A stretch of 64,000 nt of DNA from Nannocystales bacterium (GTDB lineage Bacteria > Myxococcota_A > Polyangia > Nannocystales > Nannocystaceae), in the NCBI GenBank assembly GCA_050633305.1, contig JBOEGF010000018.1:160001-224000 (forward strand), given 5' to 3'. Each line of letters opens with the position of its first letter. Within the stretch, counting starts at the first letter, position 1. The translations under genes and the position numbers were made by a program. The notes under the pieces were generated by a model. The model was not told where the DNA came from. It saw nothing but the letters and a program-made list of their open reading frames with translations, and did no database searches. This document shows positions 51,413 through 61,000 of the stretch, one piece after another.

Positions 51413-52192
51413 ATGACCGAAGGCGTAACTCCGGCTCCGCTGCCGCGCCACGTGGGCATCATTATGGACGGCAACGGCCGTTGGGCACGTGCTCAGGGCT
51501 TGCCGCGGGAAGAGGGCCACGAGCGTGGCTCCGACTCCGTGCGCACTGTCGTCCGTGCCGCTCGTCGCATCGGGATTCCCGCCCTGACCCTGTTCGCGTT
51601 CTCTTCGCAGAACTGGGATCGACCCCCCGAGGAGGTGTTTCGCCTCATGGAGCTGCTGAGGCGGTTCCTGATTCAGGAGCGGGACGAGATCCTCGACAAC
51701 GGTATTCGCCTGATCACGGTCGGCGACACCGAACGGCTGCCGCCGCACGTTCGCGATCCTCTGGTCGAACTGATGGCCGCCTCGGCCAACAACGAGGGCA
51801 TGGTGTTGTGCCTCGCGCTCAGCTACGGCGGCCGCGAGATGATCGCCCGGGCGTGCCAGGAGATGTGCCAAGCCGCGGTGGCGGGCACGCTCGATCCGTC
51901 CGATGTCTCGGTGGAGACCGTCGAGTCCTACCTGCCGTCCTCCAAGCTGCTGCCTCAGCTCGATCTGCTGATTCGCACCAGCGGCGAGCATCGGATCTCC
52001 AACTTCTTCCTGTGGGAGACCGCGTACGCGGAACTCCACTTCACGGAGAAGATGTGGCCCGAGTTCGCCGAGGAGGACCTGCTCACGGCCCTGCATGATT
52101 TCGCCAGCCGCGAACGCCGGTTCGGTCGAACCTCCGAGCAGGTCGAGGATGCGGCCCCCGCCGGTGGCCGTTCGGCAGCCGGGATGGACTGA
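51413..52192 (+). CDS. uppS: Undecaprenyl/isoprenyl diphosphate synthase
   Basis: PRHVGIIMDGNGRWA, FAFSSQNWDRP, LSYGGR, DLLIRTSGEHRISNFFLW, RERRFG. Confidence 0.97.
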   Translation: MTEGVTPAPLPRHVGIIMDGNGRWARAQGLPREEGHERGSDSVRTVVRAARRIGIPALTLFAFSSQNWDRPPEEVFRLMELLRRFLIQERDEILDNGIRLITVGDTERLPPHVRDPLVELMAASANNEGMVLCLALSYGGREMIARACQEMCQAAVAGTLDPSDVSVETVESYLPSSKLLPQLDLLIRTSGEHRISNFFLWETAYAELHFTEKMWPEFAEEDLLTALHDFASRERRFGRTSEQVEDAAPAGGRSAAGMD

Positions 52193-52197
52193 CGCGA

Positions 52198-53019
52198 GTG
52201 GGAGAGACGCTCAAGCGCCTGTTGACGGCTGCCGTTCTGGTGCCGTTCGTCCTCCTCGCGATCTTCGTGGATCCCACCAGCTACGGGGTCCTCGTGCTCG
52301 CTGTGATCTTCGGCGTTGGTGCGCAGGATGAGTTCATCCGGATGGCGCTTCCGGTCTCCGAAGAGGACCCTGCGATTCGCATCCGTGTCGCATCGGCGTT
52401 GCTCGGGACCGCCGTCGTCGTGTTGCCGTCGCTGTACACGCCCGGCGTCGCACTGCCGCCGATGTTGGCGCTGTCCGTGTTGGCGCTTGGGATGGTGGTG
52501 CTCTCTCGACGCGTCCAGCTGCCGAACGCGGGACGCCATTTCGCCGTGACGCTGGCCGGGCTGCTCTATGCGCCGGCGCTGATGTCGGTGCTGCCGCTGC
52601 TCAAGGACTCTGGTCGCCCTGAGTGGCTGACCGTCGTGCTGTGCATGGCGTTCTTTTCCGACACGGTGGCCTACTTCTTTGGGCGAGCGTTCGGCAAGCA
52701 CAAGCTCTACCCCGCAGTGAGCCCTGCCAAGAGTTGGGAAGGCGCGTTCGGAGGCGTTCTCGGCTCGTGCCTCGCGACGGCCGGAGTGGGTTCGATGTGG
52801 CTGCTCCCCGACTTGCCCATCGCTCACGCGATCCCTCTGGGAGTCTTCGGCAGCGTTGCGGGCCAGACCGGCGACCTCGTCGAGTCCATGCTCAAGCGAA
52901 CGTTCGGGGTGAAGGACTCTGGGACGATCCTTCCCGGGCACGGCGGTCTGCTCGACCGCGTGGATGCGCTGCTGTTTGTCGCCCCGGTGACGTACTACTA
53001 CGTCACCCTCATCGGCTGA
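52198..53019 (+). CDS. cdsA: Phosphatidate cytidylyltransferase
   Basis: SDTVAYFFGRAFGKHKL, SPAKSWEG, GDLVESMLKR.FGVKDSG.ILPGHGGLLDRVD. Confidence 0.97.
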   Translation: MGETLKRLLTAAVLVPFVLLAIFVDPTSYGVLVLAVIFGVGAQDEFIRMALPVSEEDPAIRIRVASALLGTAVVVLPSLYTPGVALPPMLALSVLALGMVVLSRRVQLPNAGRHFAVTLAGLLYAPALMSVLPLLKDSGRPEWLTVVLCMAFFSDTVAYFFGRAFGKHKLYPAVSPAKSWEGAFGGVLGSCLATAGVGSMWLLPDLPIAHAIPLGVFGSVAGQTGDLVESMLKRTFGVKDSGTILPGHGGLLDRVDALLFVAPVTYYYVTLIG

Positions 53020-53106
53020 GCGTCACGCTGGCGAGTCGCCCCGGAGCGCTTCGCAAAGCTTCGGAGATTGGGCAGCCCGAACTCGGCCGCCCCTCGACAC
53101 CAAACG

Positions 53107-53349
53107 TCAGTCGCTGGCGGGGGGAAGGGCCTTTTGGTCGTTCTTCTTCACGGCGTAGTAGATGCCCGCACCGACCCCGCCCACCAGGAGCAGCGGCCAT
53201 GCAGCAGCGACCAGGGCTGCGGTTCCCCAGCCAGCTGCGCCCGTGACGGCAGCAGCAGCGGCGGACTTGCCCGAGGAGGCTTTCTTTTGAGATTTGGCGT
53301 ACCAGTACGTTCCGGCGGCCACGCCTGCGCCGATGAGGAGTGCAAACAT
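53107..53349 (-). CDS. Small (80 aa) Gly/Ala-rich membrane protein
   Basis: MFALLIGAGVAAGTYWYAKSQKK...AAWPLLLVGGVGAGIYYAVKK; hydrophobic helices with basic flanks; TATACT 15 nt upstream. Confidence 0.65.
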   Translation of the reverse strand: MFALLIGAGVAAGTYWYAKSQKKASSGKSAAAAAVTGAAGWGTAALVAAAWPLLLVGGVGAGIYYAVKKNDQKALPPASD

Positions 53350-53449
53350 GAGGGTTCTGCGCCGAGTATAGGCCGAATCCAACGTCGTGCTCGCCAAGGA
53401 CTCGGCGCGGGGTGGACGCGGATAGGGCCTCGGGCCATACTCCCTCGCC

Positions 53450-54694
53450 TTGTCCGACCCGAACAAACCCCTGGACGCGACTGAAGAGACCTCGCGAGCG
53501 CCGGTCACTGCGCCTGGGGCCTCTCCTGCGGCGACCCACGCCGAAGAGTCCGCGCGCGGCGCGTCCGAGTCGAACGAGGAAGCCCCTGTGCCCAACAAGC
53601 GTCGTCGACGTCGTCGAAGGGGTGGCCGCAACAAGAAGCCTCCCGCGGATGGTGTCGCGGCTGGGGCAGCCACAGCCACGGCTTCCTCCGCCCCCGCCCC
53701 CGCCCCCGCGCTCGACCCCGGCATCGCAGCCCTGGCCGGAGGTCTGCTCAGTCACATCGACGACCGAGATGTTCCGTGCAGCAACGACGGCTGCAACAAC
53801 GTGTGGCAGTGGTCTGCCGCGGAGCAGATCGCTGCATACGGTCAGCCTCCTCCGCGGCGCGAATGTGCTCGATGCACGAGCACTTCGGCATCTGAGATTC
53901 GGTGCTCCGTCGACGGGTGTCGGCGGACGTGGAGCTGGAGCCGCGACGCGCAGATCAAGCATCGCTCGTGGAACAAGCGTCGTGGAGATGAGCGCGGCGG
54001 TGGGGGTCGGAAACGTCGGCGCCGAGGCGACGGGCCACCCCGCCGGAAATGCGATCCTTGCCAAGCCAAGCTCGCCAAGCTCAGCGAGCGGCCCTCGTCG
54101 TGCAAGGTCCACGGGTGCACCCGGCCGGTGTTGATCGATCGGGACGTGCAGCTACGAGCTTGGGCAGCATCGGGGAACCCCGACCCGGACTTCGATGCCG
54201 CCTTGCCCAAGCAAATGTGCGAGGTGTGTCGTGAGTTCTGCCGAACCCATGACGACCGCGCCGTCGCGTGCGGTCGCCCCGACTGCGAAAAGAGTTGGAC
54301 CTACAAACGCGGCGCGCAGTTGCAGGCGTTTCTTGCGGGACGGTTCGAGGACCCAATCCGCCTTTGCGAACGATGCGAAAGCGAAACGCGTAAGGCTGCC
54401 CACGGTTCCAGTGCTCCTGCGAACGTGGAGGTCATGCCGTGCATCGTTCCCGGTTGTGACGGTGTTTGGCATTTCCGAGCCGGTCAGAAGATCCCTAGCT
54501 GCCAAGACGGGGAACAGCCGGTGCAGCGCATGTGCGACGAGCATCGCAAAGCCAACGGTGCCGAGCCGCGGATGAAGTCGGCGAAGGGTCACACTGCCCC
54601 AAGCGAGAGCGAGCTCGAGGCGCCCGCAGAGCCCGATGAACAACGTCCCGAATCGGATCCCCAAATCACGTCCGCAAGCGAGCCGATTTCTTGA
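53450..54694 (+). CDS. Tandem zinc-ribbon (zf-trcl-like) repeat protein with Arg-rich tracts
   Basis: Five Cx4C...W...Q...P...Cx2C/H units; KRRRRRRRGGR and GGGGRKRRRRG tracts. Confidence 0.75.
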   Translation: MSDPNKPLDATEETSRAPVTAPGASPAATHAEESARGASESNEEAPVPNKRRRRRRRGGRNKKPPADGVAAGAATATASSAPAPAPALDPGIAALAGGLLSHIDDRDVPCSNDGCNNVWQWSAAEQIAAYGQPPPRRECARCTSTSASEIRCSVDGCRRTWSWSRDAQIKHRSWNKRRGDERGGGGRKRRRRGDGPPRRKCDPCQAKLAKLSERPSSCKVHGCTRPVLIDRDVQLRAWAASGNPDPDFDAALPKQMCEVCREFCRTHDDRAVACGRPDCEKSWTYKRGAQLQAFLAGRFEDPIRLCERCESETRKAAHGSSAPANVEVMPCIVPGCDGVWHFRAGQKIPSCQDGEQPVQRMCDEHRKANGAEPRMKSAKGHTAPSESELEAPAEPDEQRPESDPQITSASEPIS

Positions 54695-54808
54695 CCCGCA
54701 CGGTGAGACCTGCGACGGTGGCCTCGCGCACGTAACCCCGGCTCTTCCCAACGCTCTTCTCCCGGCTCTCTCCGACTTCTCCTGCGACTGCGTGCGCACA
54801 AGTTCCAG

Positions 54809-54846
54809 ACGGCGTCTCGTTTCATACGAGACGCCGTTTTTGTTTT
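54809..54846 (+). terminator. Rho-independent terminator
   Basis: Perfect 12-bp stem ACGGCGTCTCGT/ACGAGACGCCGT, loop TTCAT, followed by TTTTGTTTT. Confidence 0.85.
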
Positions 54847-54959
54847 GGTTCTCGTTGTGGCCGGGGAAGGATGGCGCTTCGTGGGTGGGTGCGCCCGCGG
54901 ATGCGTCACGTCGGCCGGCTGCTGGGCCAGCTGGGTGCGACGTGTCCGACCGACAGCCC

Positions 54960-57900
54960 CTAGAATCCCGGATGCCAGATGTAGCGGGGTTCGTTGCTCA
55001 GGGCTCGGCTGGCCAGCATGCCGGATTGAGTCGAGGCTTCGACGCATCCGCAGTTGAGGTCCGTGCGGGTCCAGTCGCCGCACAGGACGAGTCCTTGCAC
55101 CCAAGATTCGGTCTGCCCAAGTCGCAGGCCGATGGCGTTGGGCTGGGAGAGTACGTAGTGGTCCGAGGGGTGAGACGAGATGTTGAAATACTGGGCGTCG
55201 AGGCGGCCCTGTCCTTCGACACCATCGGGGGCCGCAAGGTTTGACAACATGTCCTCATAGGACGGGATGCTGTCGAAGATGCCGCGGTAGTGTTCCTGCA
55301 GCCACCCACCGAACTCGCTCCTCCACTGGTCCGACTCCGTTGTTGGGTAGTTTGGGCGCGCGTTGGGGTAACCCTGGGCGGTGGTGATCGCTGTCAAACT
55401 GCCCGTGTGGTACGAGAGACTCTTGGGGCCGCCGTCGGTCTTGCCCCACGGCTCCCACTGCAGCAGGTGCGTGAAGTCGCCCAGGCTCGGCTCGGGCAAG
55501 GCATACGACGTGAGCATGCCGTAGGGGTTGGTCGTGAGCTGGTCCATCGGCTGCTGGAACCACAGCTGCGCCGAAATTGTCCGGATCACCTTCATCCCGT
55601 CGACCATGCTCCGCCACTGCGGTGCGTGAGACGGGGATGAACTCTCCGTGAGCTGCTTGGCAATCGCGGGGAAGACGGAGACAGGGATTCCCAGGATGCA
55701 GTGGTCGAAGTCCTTCCCCAACTCGAGAAGCTTCTCTCCCACGCCCTCCCAGCCCGACCAGGGGCTCTCCAGGTTGATGCCCCGGTCCCGAAGTGCCTGC
55801 CCCTGGCTGAGCTTGTCGTAGCGGGGTTCGGTGGGCCACGACGGCAGCGAAGGCGGGTTTCCGGGGATCCGTACGAAGGGGTCGTAGGGCGTTCCGTCCT
55901 CGGTGGTGGCCTGGACCTGCATCTTGACCCCGGCCAGTCGTCGCTCGTCGCCGGTGCCTTCGACGACGAGGTCGGTGACCTGGTGGAAGAAGTGAACCTT
56001 GGCGCCGAACCTCTGCAGAGCGAGGTAGTACGGCGTGATCATGGTCTGCGGACAGCTGTACTTGAAGAAGTAGGCCGGGTATCCCTTGTACAGAAAGCTG
56101 ACCAAGACGAACCACCTCAGGCCTACCCCTGCGGCGAGTTGGTCGGGGGTCGCGGTCTCGCCATGGGCAAAGAGGGTCTCGTAGACCTGTGTGATGGCGG
56201 CCGCGTCCCGGTTTCGTTCGTCCAGTCCGTTGTCCAGGAGCCATTGTCGGAAGTCGTGGCCGTCGAGCGCATCGAAGTGGACCGTCTTGGCGTGGATGAG
56301 GCCAACGAGTGCAGTGAGGAGGATGTCGAGGCCCTGCCAGACGAAGTAGACCTCGGGCTCGTCCTCCATGAAGTCTTCGAGGACCGTCTTGAGTGCGGAT
56401 CGAACCATCTCCAGGACGCTGGCGATGATCCTGAACAGCAGGGTTCCGCGCTCGATCTGGTCGGCGATCGCATCGACCGCCAGCCGCTCGACGTACGAGA
56501 CGAGTTCGTCCAAGCCGTTGCGGAGCTCCTTGGTCTCCAGGTCGACGAAGTCCTTCACATCGGCGGCGATGCGCTCCCACAGGTTGGGCTCCTTCTCGGC
56601 CTCAAAGCGGGCCTCCTCGGCGCGGTTGTGCCGAAGCAGGACCTCGGTGTCCTGCACGACGCGGCGCAATGCGCTGGACACGAAGTTCCCCAGGTTCGGC
56701 TCGGGGTCCTCGCCTCCCTCGGGAACCTCGCCTGGAATCTTGCCGTTGAACTCCTGCGGTGTGGCGAAGTATCGCCACTCATCCTTCCACTTCTGGAAGA
56801 CGCCGACGTCCTCACAGCCGATGAACGCGCCTGCGACCGGTCCTTGGCCTTCGTTGTAGTTGTACGGGGCTTGTCCGACCTCGATCTGGAGTCCAGCGTC
56901 CTCCCACGCCTCTCGCATGGTTCGAAAGCCGTTCTCGTAGAAGCCGACGAACGCGTGCAGTCCATGCTCCTCGATCCGGTCGTCCTTGGTGGTGTTGCGC
57001 CCGGCCGCGCACTTTCCCCCGAGGCGCCAGCCGACGGAGTAGACCTCGACCTCGTAGCGGTCGACTTGGCGGGCGAGATAGTACGCGGCGGCGAGGGCTG
57101 AGGGCCCGCCCCCCAAAACCACGACCTTCTCTTTGCGCGGTGGGCTGGGGCTGTGGAAGCGCGCGTCTGCACAAGAACCAGGGAGCGAAACGACCTGGTT
57201 GCAGCGCAGGCGGAAGGCTCCGAGGACCTCAGTATCGAGGCTTGGGACCGCGATGGGGCCAGGGGGCAAGCCTGGCGGTGTGAGGGCGGTCGTGAACTCG
57301 ACGGTCGCGGTCAGTGGCTGAACGGTCGCGGTCGCGTCGCTGAAGTCGTAACAAACCGTGCACGCCAGGAATGGGCTGACAAAGTCCCGCTCGTCGAAGG
57401 CTTCGTCGTCGACGATCCGCAACGCCTGCGAGATCGTCGGCATCTCGAACAACTTGCGGACCGATTGAAACAGTGGGAGCGAGGATGGGGGTTGTGGCGT
57501 CCCAGCTTCGGCGAACGTCGCACTCGCGATGAGTTGGTCGTTGTCTCGGTTGCGGACCGTGTAGCTGTCAGGTCCGTTGGCGATGTTTCCCAGCTCCTTC
57601 TCGAAGCCGTACAGCAGGTTGCCCAAGCGCCGAGGAAGGTCTTCGTCGAGGTACAGCCGGGGCATGTAGACGAACGGCCCGCGGTTGGCCACATGCAGGG
57701 CGGTGCGCTGTACGTAGGGCACCGCCACCATGAGTTCGTTGTAGTCCATCTCGCCGAACCACGCCTCGAAGTGGTCGTGCGAGAACATGACGAACACCGG
57801 GTGTTTGTCGGGGAACGTCAGCGTTTGCGGGGCGAGCTCGAGGCCCAGCGGGAGGAGCTTTTCGACCCGCTCACGGGGCAGGCCCAGCACGACGATGCGG

Positions 57901-58076
57901 GAGTCGAGCGTTCCCACGCCCTCCGAAGGGGAGTTCTCGCCGCGGCTGACATGCTCATCGTCGAGTCCGGCGTTGCGAGCCAGCTCCCGGAGCGCATCCG
58001 GGCTCCGACCCTTCGCGATGCTGTGTGCGGCACGTTCAAGGTCGGATGCTGGGCTTCGCGTGGGGCGGTGGGTCAT
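54960..58076 (-). CDS. Fusion of an acetoacetate-decarboxylase-like domain and an FAD/NAD(P)-binding oxidoreductase (COG3349-like)
   Basis: N-terminal DYNELMVAVPYV...YMPRLYLD...YGFEK; then VVVLGGGPSALAAA, GWRLGGKCAAGR, RIEEHGLH, LVLCGDWT...GCVEA..SG. Confidence 0.85.
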   Translation of the reverse strand: MTHRPTRSPASDLERAAHSIAKGRSPDALRELARNAGLDDEHVSRGENSPSEGVGTLDSRIVVLGLPRERVEKLLPLGLELAPQTLTFPDKHPVFVMFSHDHFEAWFGEMDYNELMVAVPYVQRTALHVANRGPFVYMPRLYLDEDLPRRLGNLLYGFEKELGNIANGPDSYTVRNRDNDQLIASATFAEAGTPQPPSSLPLFQSVRKLFEMPTISQALRIVDDEAFDERDFVSPFLACTVCYDFSDATATVQPLTATVEFTTALTPPGLPPGPIAVPSLDTEVLGAFRLRCNQVVSLPGSCADARFHSPSPPRKEKVVVLGGGPSALAAAYYLARQVDRYEVEVYSVGWRLGGKCAAGRNTTKDDRIEEHGLHAFVGFYENGFRTMREAWEDAGLQIEVGQAPYNYNEGQGPVAGAFIGCEDVGVFQKWKDEWRYFATPQEFNGKIPGEVPEGGEDPEPNLGNFVSSALRRVVQDTEVLLRHNRAEEARFEAEKEPNLWERIAADVKDFVDLETKELRNGLDELVSYVERLAVDAIADQIERGTLLFRIIASVLEMVRSALKTVLEDFMEDEPEVYFVWQGLDILLTALVGLIHAKTVHFDALDGHDFRQWLLDNGLDERNRDAAAITQVYETLFAHGETATPDQLAAGVGLRWFVLVSFLYKGYPAYFFKYSCPQTMITPYYLALQRFGAKVHFFHQVTDLVVEGTGDERRLAGVKMQVQATTEDGTPYDPFVRIPGNPPSLPSWPTEPRYDKLSQGQALRDRGINLESPWSGWEGVGEKLLELGKDFDHCILGIPVSVFPAIAKQLTESSSPSHAPQWRSMVDGMKVIRTISAQLWFQQPMDQLTTNPYGMLTSYALPEPSLGDFTHLLQWEPWGKTDGGPKSLSYHTGSLTAITTAQGYPNARPNYPTTESDQWRSEFGGWLQEHYRGIFDSIPSYEDMLSNLAAPDGVEGQGRLDAQYFNISSHPSDHYVLSQPNAIGLRLGQTESWVQGLVLCGDWTRTDLNCGCVEASTQSGMLASRALSNEPRYIWHPGF

Positions 58077-58087
58077 GAGGTCCTGCG

Positions 58088-61000
58088 TTAGGCCAGCGTC
58101 TCCGCACAGCCCGGTGAGATCATCTCGAAGAGTCGCTGTGGGGCAGCGATGGATTCGGTTTCAATGTAGTCGCGTGCTTGGGTTCGGAGTTCGTCGCTCT
58201 CGCTCCCGCCAACGAGGTGGGCGAGTCGCATGCGTGAGACCGCGGAGAAGCTTCCCATCTTGTGGGCGTCGAAGTCGTCGACGGCTTGTCGGAAGTGCTT
58301 GACCGCAGCGTCTTGGTCTCCCTGTTGCTCGAACACGTTGCCCAGTGTCAGGTGCCCGTAGGCATGCTGGTGGCGGGTCGGGAGCGAAGAAACCATCTTG
58401 CGGCCGTGCTCGGCGGCAAGTTTGAGGAACGCAGACGTTTCGGAGCGTTTGCGAAGGGCCATCGCAAGCGCGTTCTGACAGAGCCAAAACTGGTGCTCGG
58501 CGCGTGAGAAGGGCGAGCGCTGGATGTCGAACTTCTCGATCTCGGGCCGTCGCGCCTCGACCAGGCGCCACGCCGCTTCGACGTTGCCCTGGTACCGAAG
58601 CAACGCTGTGGTCTGCGAGACGTAGTTCTGAATGTGCGCCTGGAACCCCCACGGCGCTTCCTCGCGGTACAGCAAGAGCTGTTCTTCGGCCTCGTCGACG
58701 CGGTCGGCAGCAAGGTAGACAAGGTGCCCCAGAAGCCCGCGGGCGAATCCTTGGGAGTAGGTGTGTGCGAGCTGGACGGAGTTGCGGAGCAGTTCGTGGG
58801 CTCGGGGCGCGAGTTCCTGGGCACGTCCCATGAACTGAATGCACAGCGCCGCGTGGCTCTCGCAGAAGCCCACCTCGGGCGCGGTCCCGGTCGTCTGTTC
58901 GATGAAGGTGGTCTTGGCCTCGTCGAGGGTGCGTTGGGCTTGCTCCCACTCGCCGAGGAACAGGTGCACGTGGCCGCGGGCCTGCAAGACCATCCCGCGC
59001 GCGTACGGGCTGGCGGCGGCCTCGGCGAGTTGATCTGCGTGGTCCAGAAGGTCGAAGCAGCGCTCTCGTTTGGCGACGGGCTTCATCGAGGCGGTGAGGT
59101 GGGCCTCGAACCCCAGTGAGCGGGCGAGCTGCGTCGGGTCGCCCGTCTTGAGCGACCAGCGAAGGTGTTGCGCGTGGAAACCTGCGCCAAGGAGTCCGTC
59201 CGTGTAAATGAGGCCGCGTGCGGCCGTCCACAGTGCGTCCATCTTGGAGCGTAGCTCCGGGTCGATGCTGTCCTCGGACTTTGCGTCGACCTTGAAGGAC
59301 TTGATCGACAGCGCAGCACGGTGCCAGAGCACGGAGCGAATGGCGTGTCCGCGACTCTGAGGAAGCACCACGTCGTGGGCGCCGAGCACTTCCTTGAGCA
59401 CGACGCGGCCCTCGCGGGAGTGGCCACTGGTGAGCAGCAGTTCTGCGGCGGCCTGGAGCAGGGGCGGGCGTCGGTCCTCGGTGAGCTGGTCAGCGGCGGA
59501 GAGGAAGACCTTTGCCGCTTCGTACTGACGGCCGGCGCTTGCGAGTGCTCGGGCGTATCGGGCCTCGAGGTCTCCGCGTTCTTCGTCCGGCACCACGCCG
59601 ATATCGAGTGCGGCTTGATACAGCTCTGCCGCGCGGTCGAAGGCCAGGGCTTCGGCAGCCTGGTCCGCCGCGGCGATGGTGTGCTTGGATGCGAGAGCAG
59701 GCGCACCGCCGCGCCGGAAGTGGTGGCTCAGCGCGGCTGCGTCGGGCTCATGACTCTCGGCGAGCGCGTGTGCGATCCGCAGGTGCAGGTCCCGGGCATG
59801 GCGCGCATCAAGGCCACGCAACACGGTCTCTCGGATCCGGTCGTGATAGATCTCGACGATGGGGGTATCCCCAGGACCCTCGGTGCGGACGAGGGTCTCG
59901 GCGCGGAGGTCGGCGAGCGCGTCTTGGCTTGACGCTTCCACCTGAGCGAGGCGCGTCGCGAGCTCCATCGGCATCCGCCCCCCGGCCACCGACACGATCG
60001 CAAGCATGCGGCGTGCGGCAGCGGAGAGCAGTTCCAGGCGGTGGCGAATGACATCGTCCAGACTCACCGCGGAGTCGGTCGCCGACAGGTCTTCGCCGCG
60101 GTGGGTCCGCTGAGCATGCCGGACCAGCTGCGCGACAAAGAAGGGGGAGCCCTCTGCCTCGCGAGCGACCTCGGATGCGAGCGTCTGATGCACGGGCGAG
60201 TCCTCGCCAAGCATACGCAGTGCGAGACCCTTGGCCTCCTCCAGGCCCATCGGGCCCAGCCGCATGGCGCGGAGGTCGATCGCCGGCTCGATGGCGTGAA
60301 GTTCGGCGATGAATCGACCCAGGATCTGTGTGCGCTCCGGTGCGGCTTCTCGAAAGCTGCACACGAGCATCAACGGTGGAGCGTCCACGTGGTGCAGGAC
60401 GGATTCCAGCACCACGAGGCTGTCGAGGTCGGACCACTGAAGGTCATCGATGTAGACGACCAGAGGGCGTCGGTCCGCGATGCGACCGAGCAGCTCGCGG
60501 AGGGACTCGATGCCGCGGCGCCGCGCCTCCTGCGGCATGACATCCGGAAGCACATGCAGCGGGGCAATCGCGACGGCGGGAACGCTGAGCAACACCGGAA
60601 ACAACCGGGCCAGCGCGGAGATGTTGCGCGGCAGAAGAGCCTGGGCTTCGGTCGAGGTCGGGAGCGTCCGCAAGAACGCGCTGACCATGTCCATGACGGA
60701 ATCCAGCGCCTTGTAGGGGATCGACTCTCGCTCGGAGCACTTGCCCGCGAGCACCAACGCGCCGCGATTCCGACCGACTTTTCGAAGGAACTGATCGACG
60801 AGGGCGCTTTTGCCGATGCCGGACACCCCCTCGAGCGTGACGACGACGGGGCGTCCCTTCCGGGTCGCGGCGAACGCTCGGTGGAGCCCGCGGAGTTCGT
60901 TCTCCCGGCCCAAGAAGAGGTTAGCGTTGCTCCGTTCGTCCGGGGTCTCCGCGCGCTCGTGGCTGCCCAGCCGCGCCAGGATCTCGTCGCCGCTGGGCCG

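Noticed and set aside
51413..53019. uppS-cdsA without flanking frr/dxr/rseP
   Set aside because: Ordinary operon rearrangement; not informative from this window alone.
53599..53712. Short tandem repeats (CGTCGTCGA, GCCCCC)
   Set aside because: They encode Arg and Ala-Pro tracts of the zinc-ribbon protein; not CRISPR or an independent repeat element.
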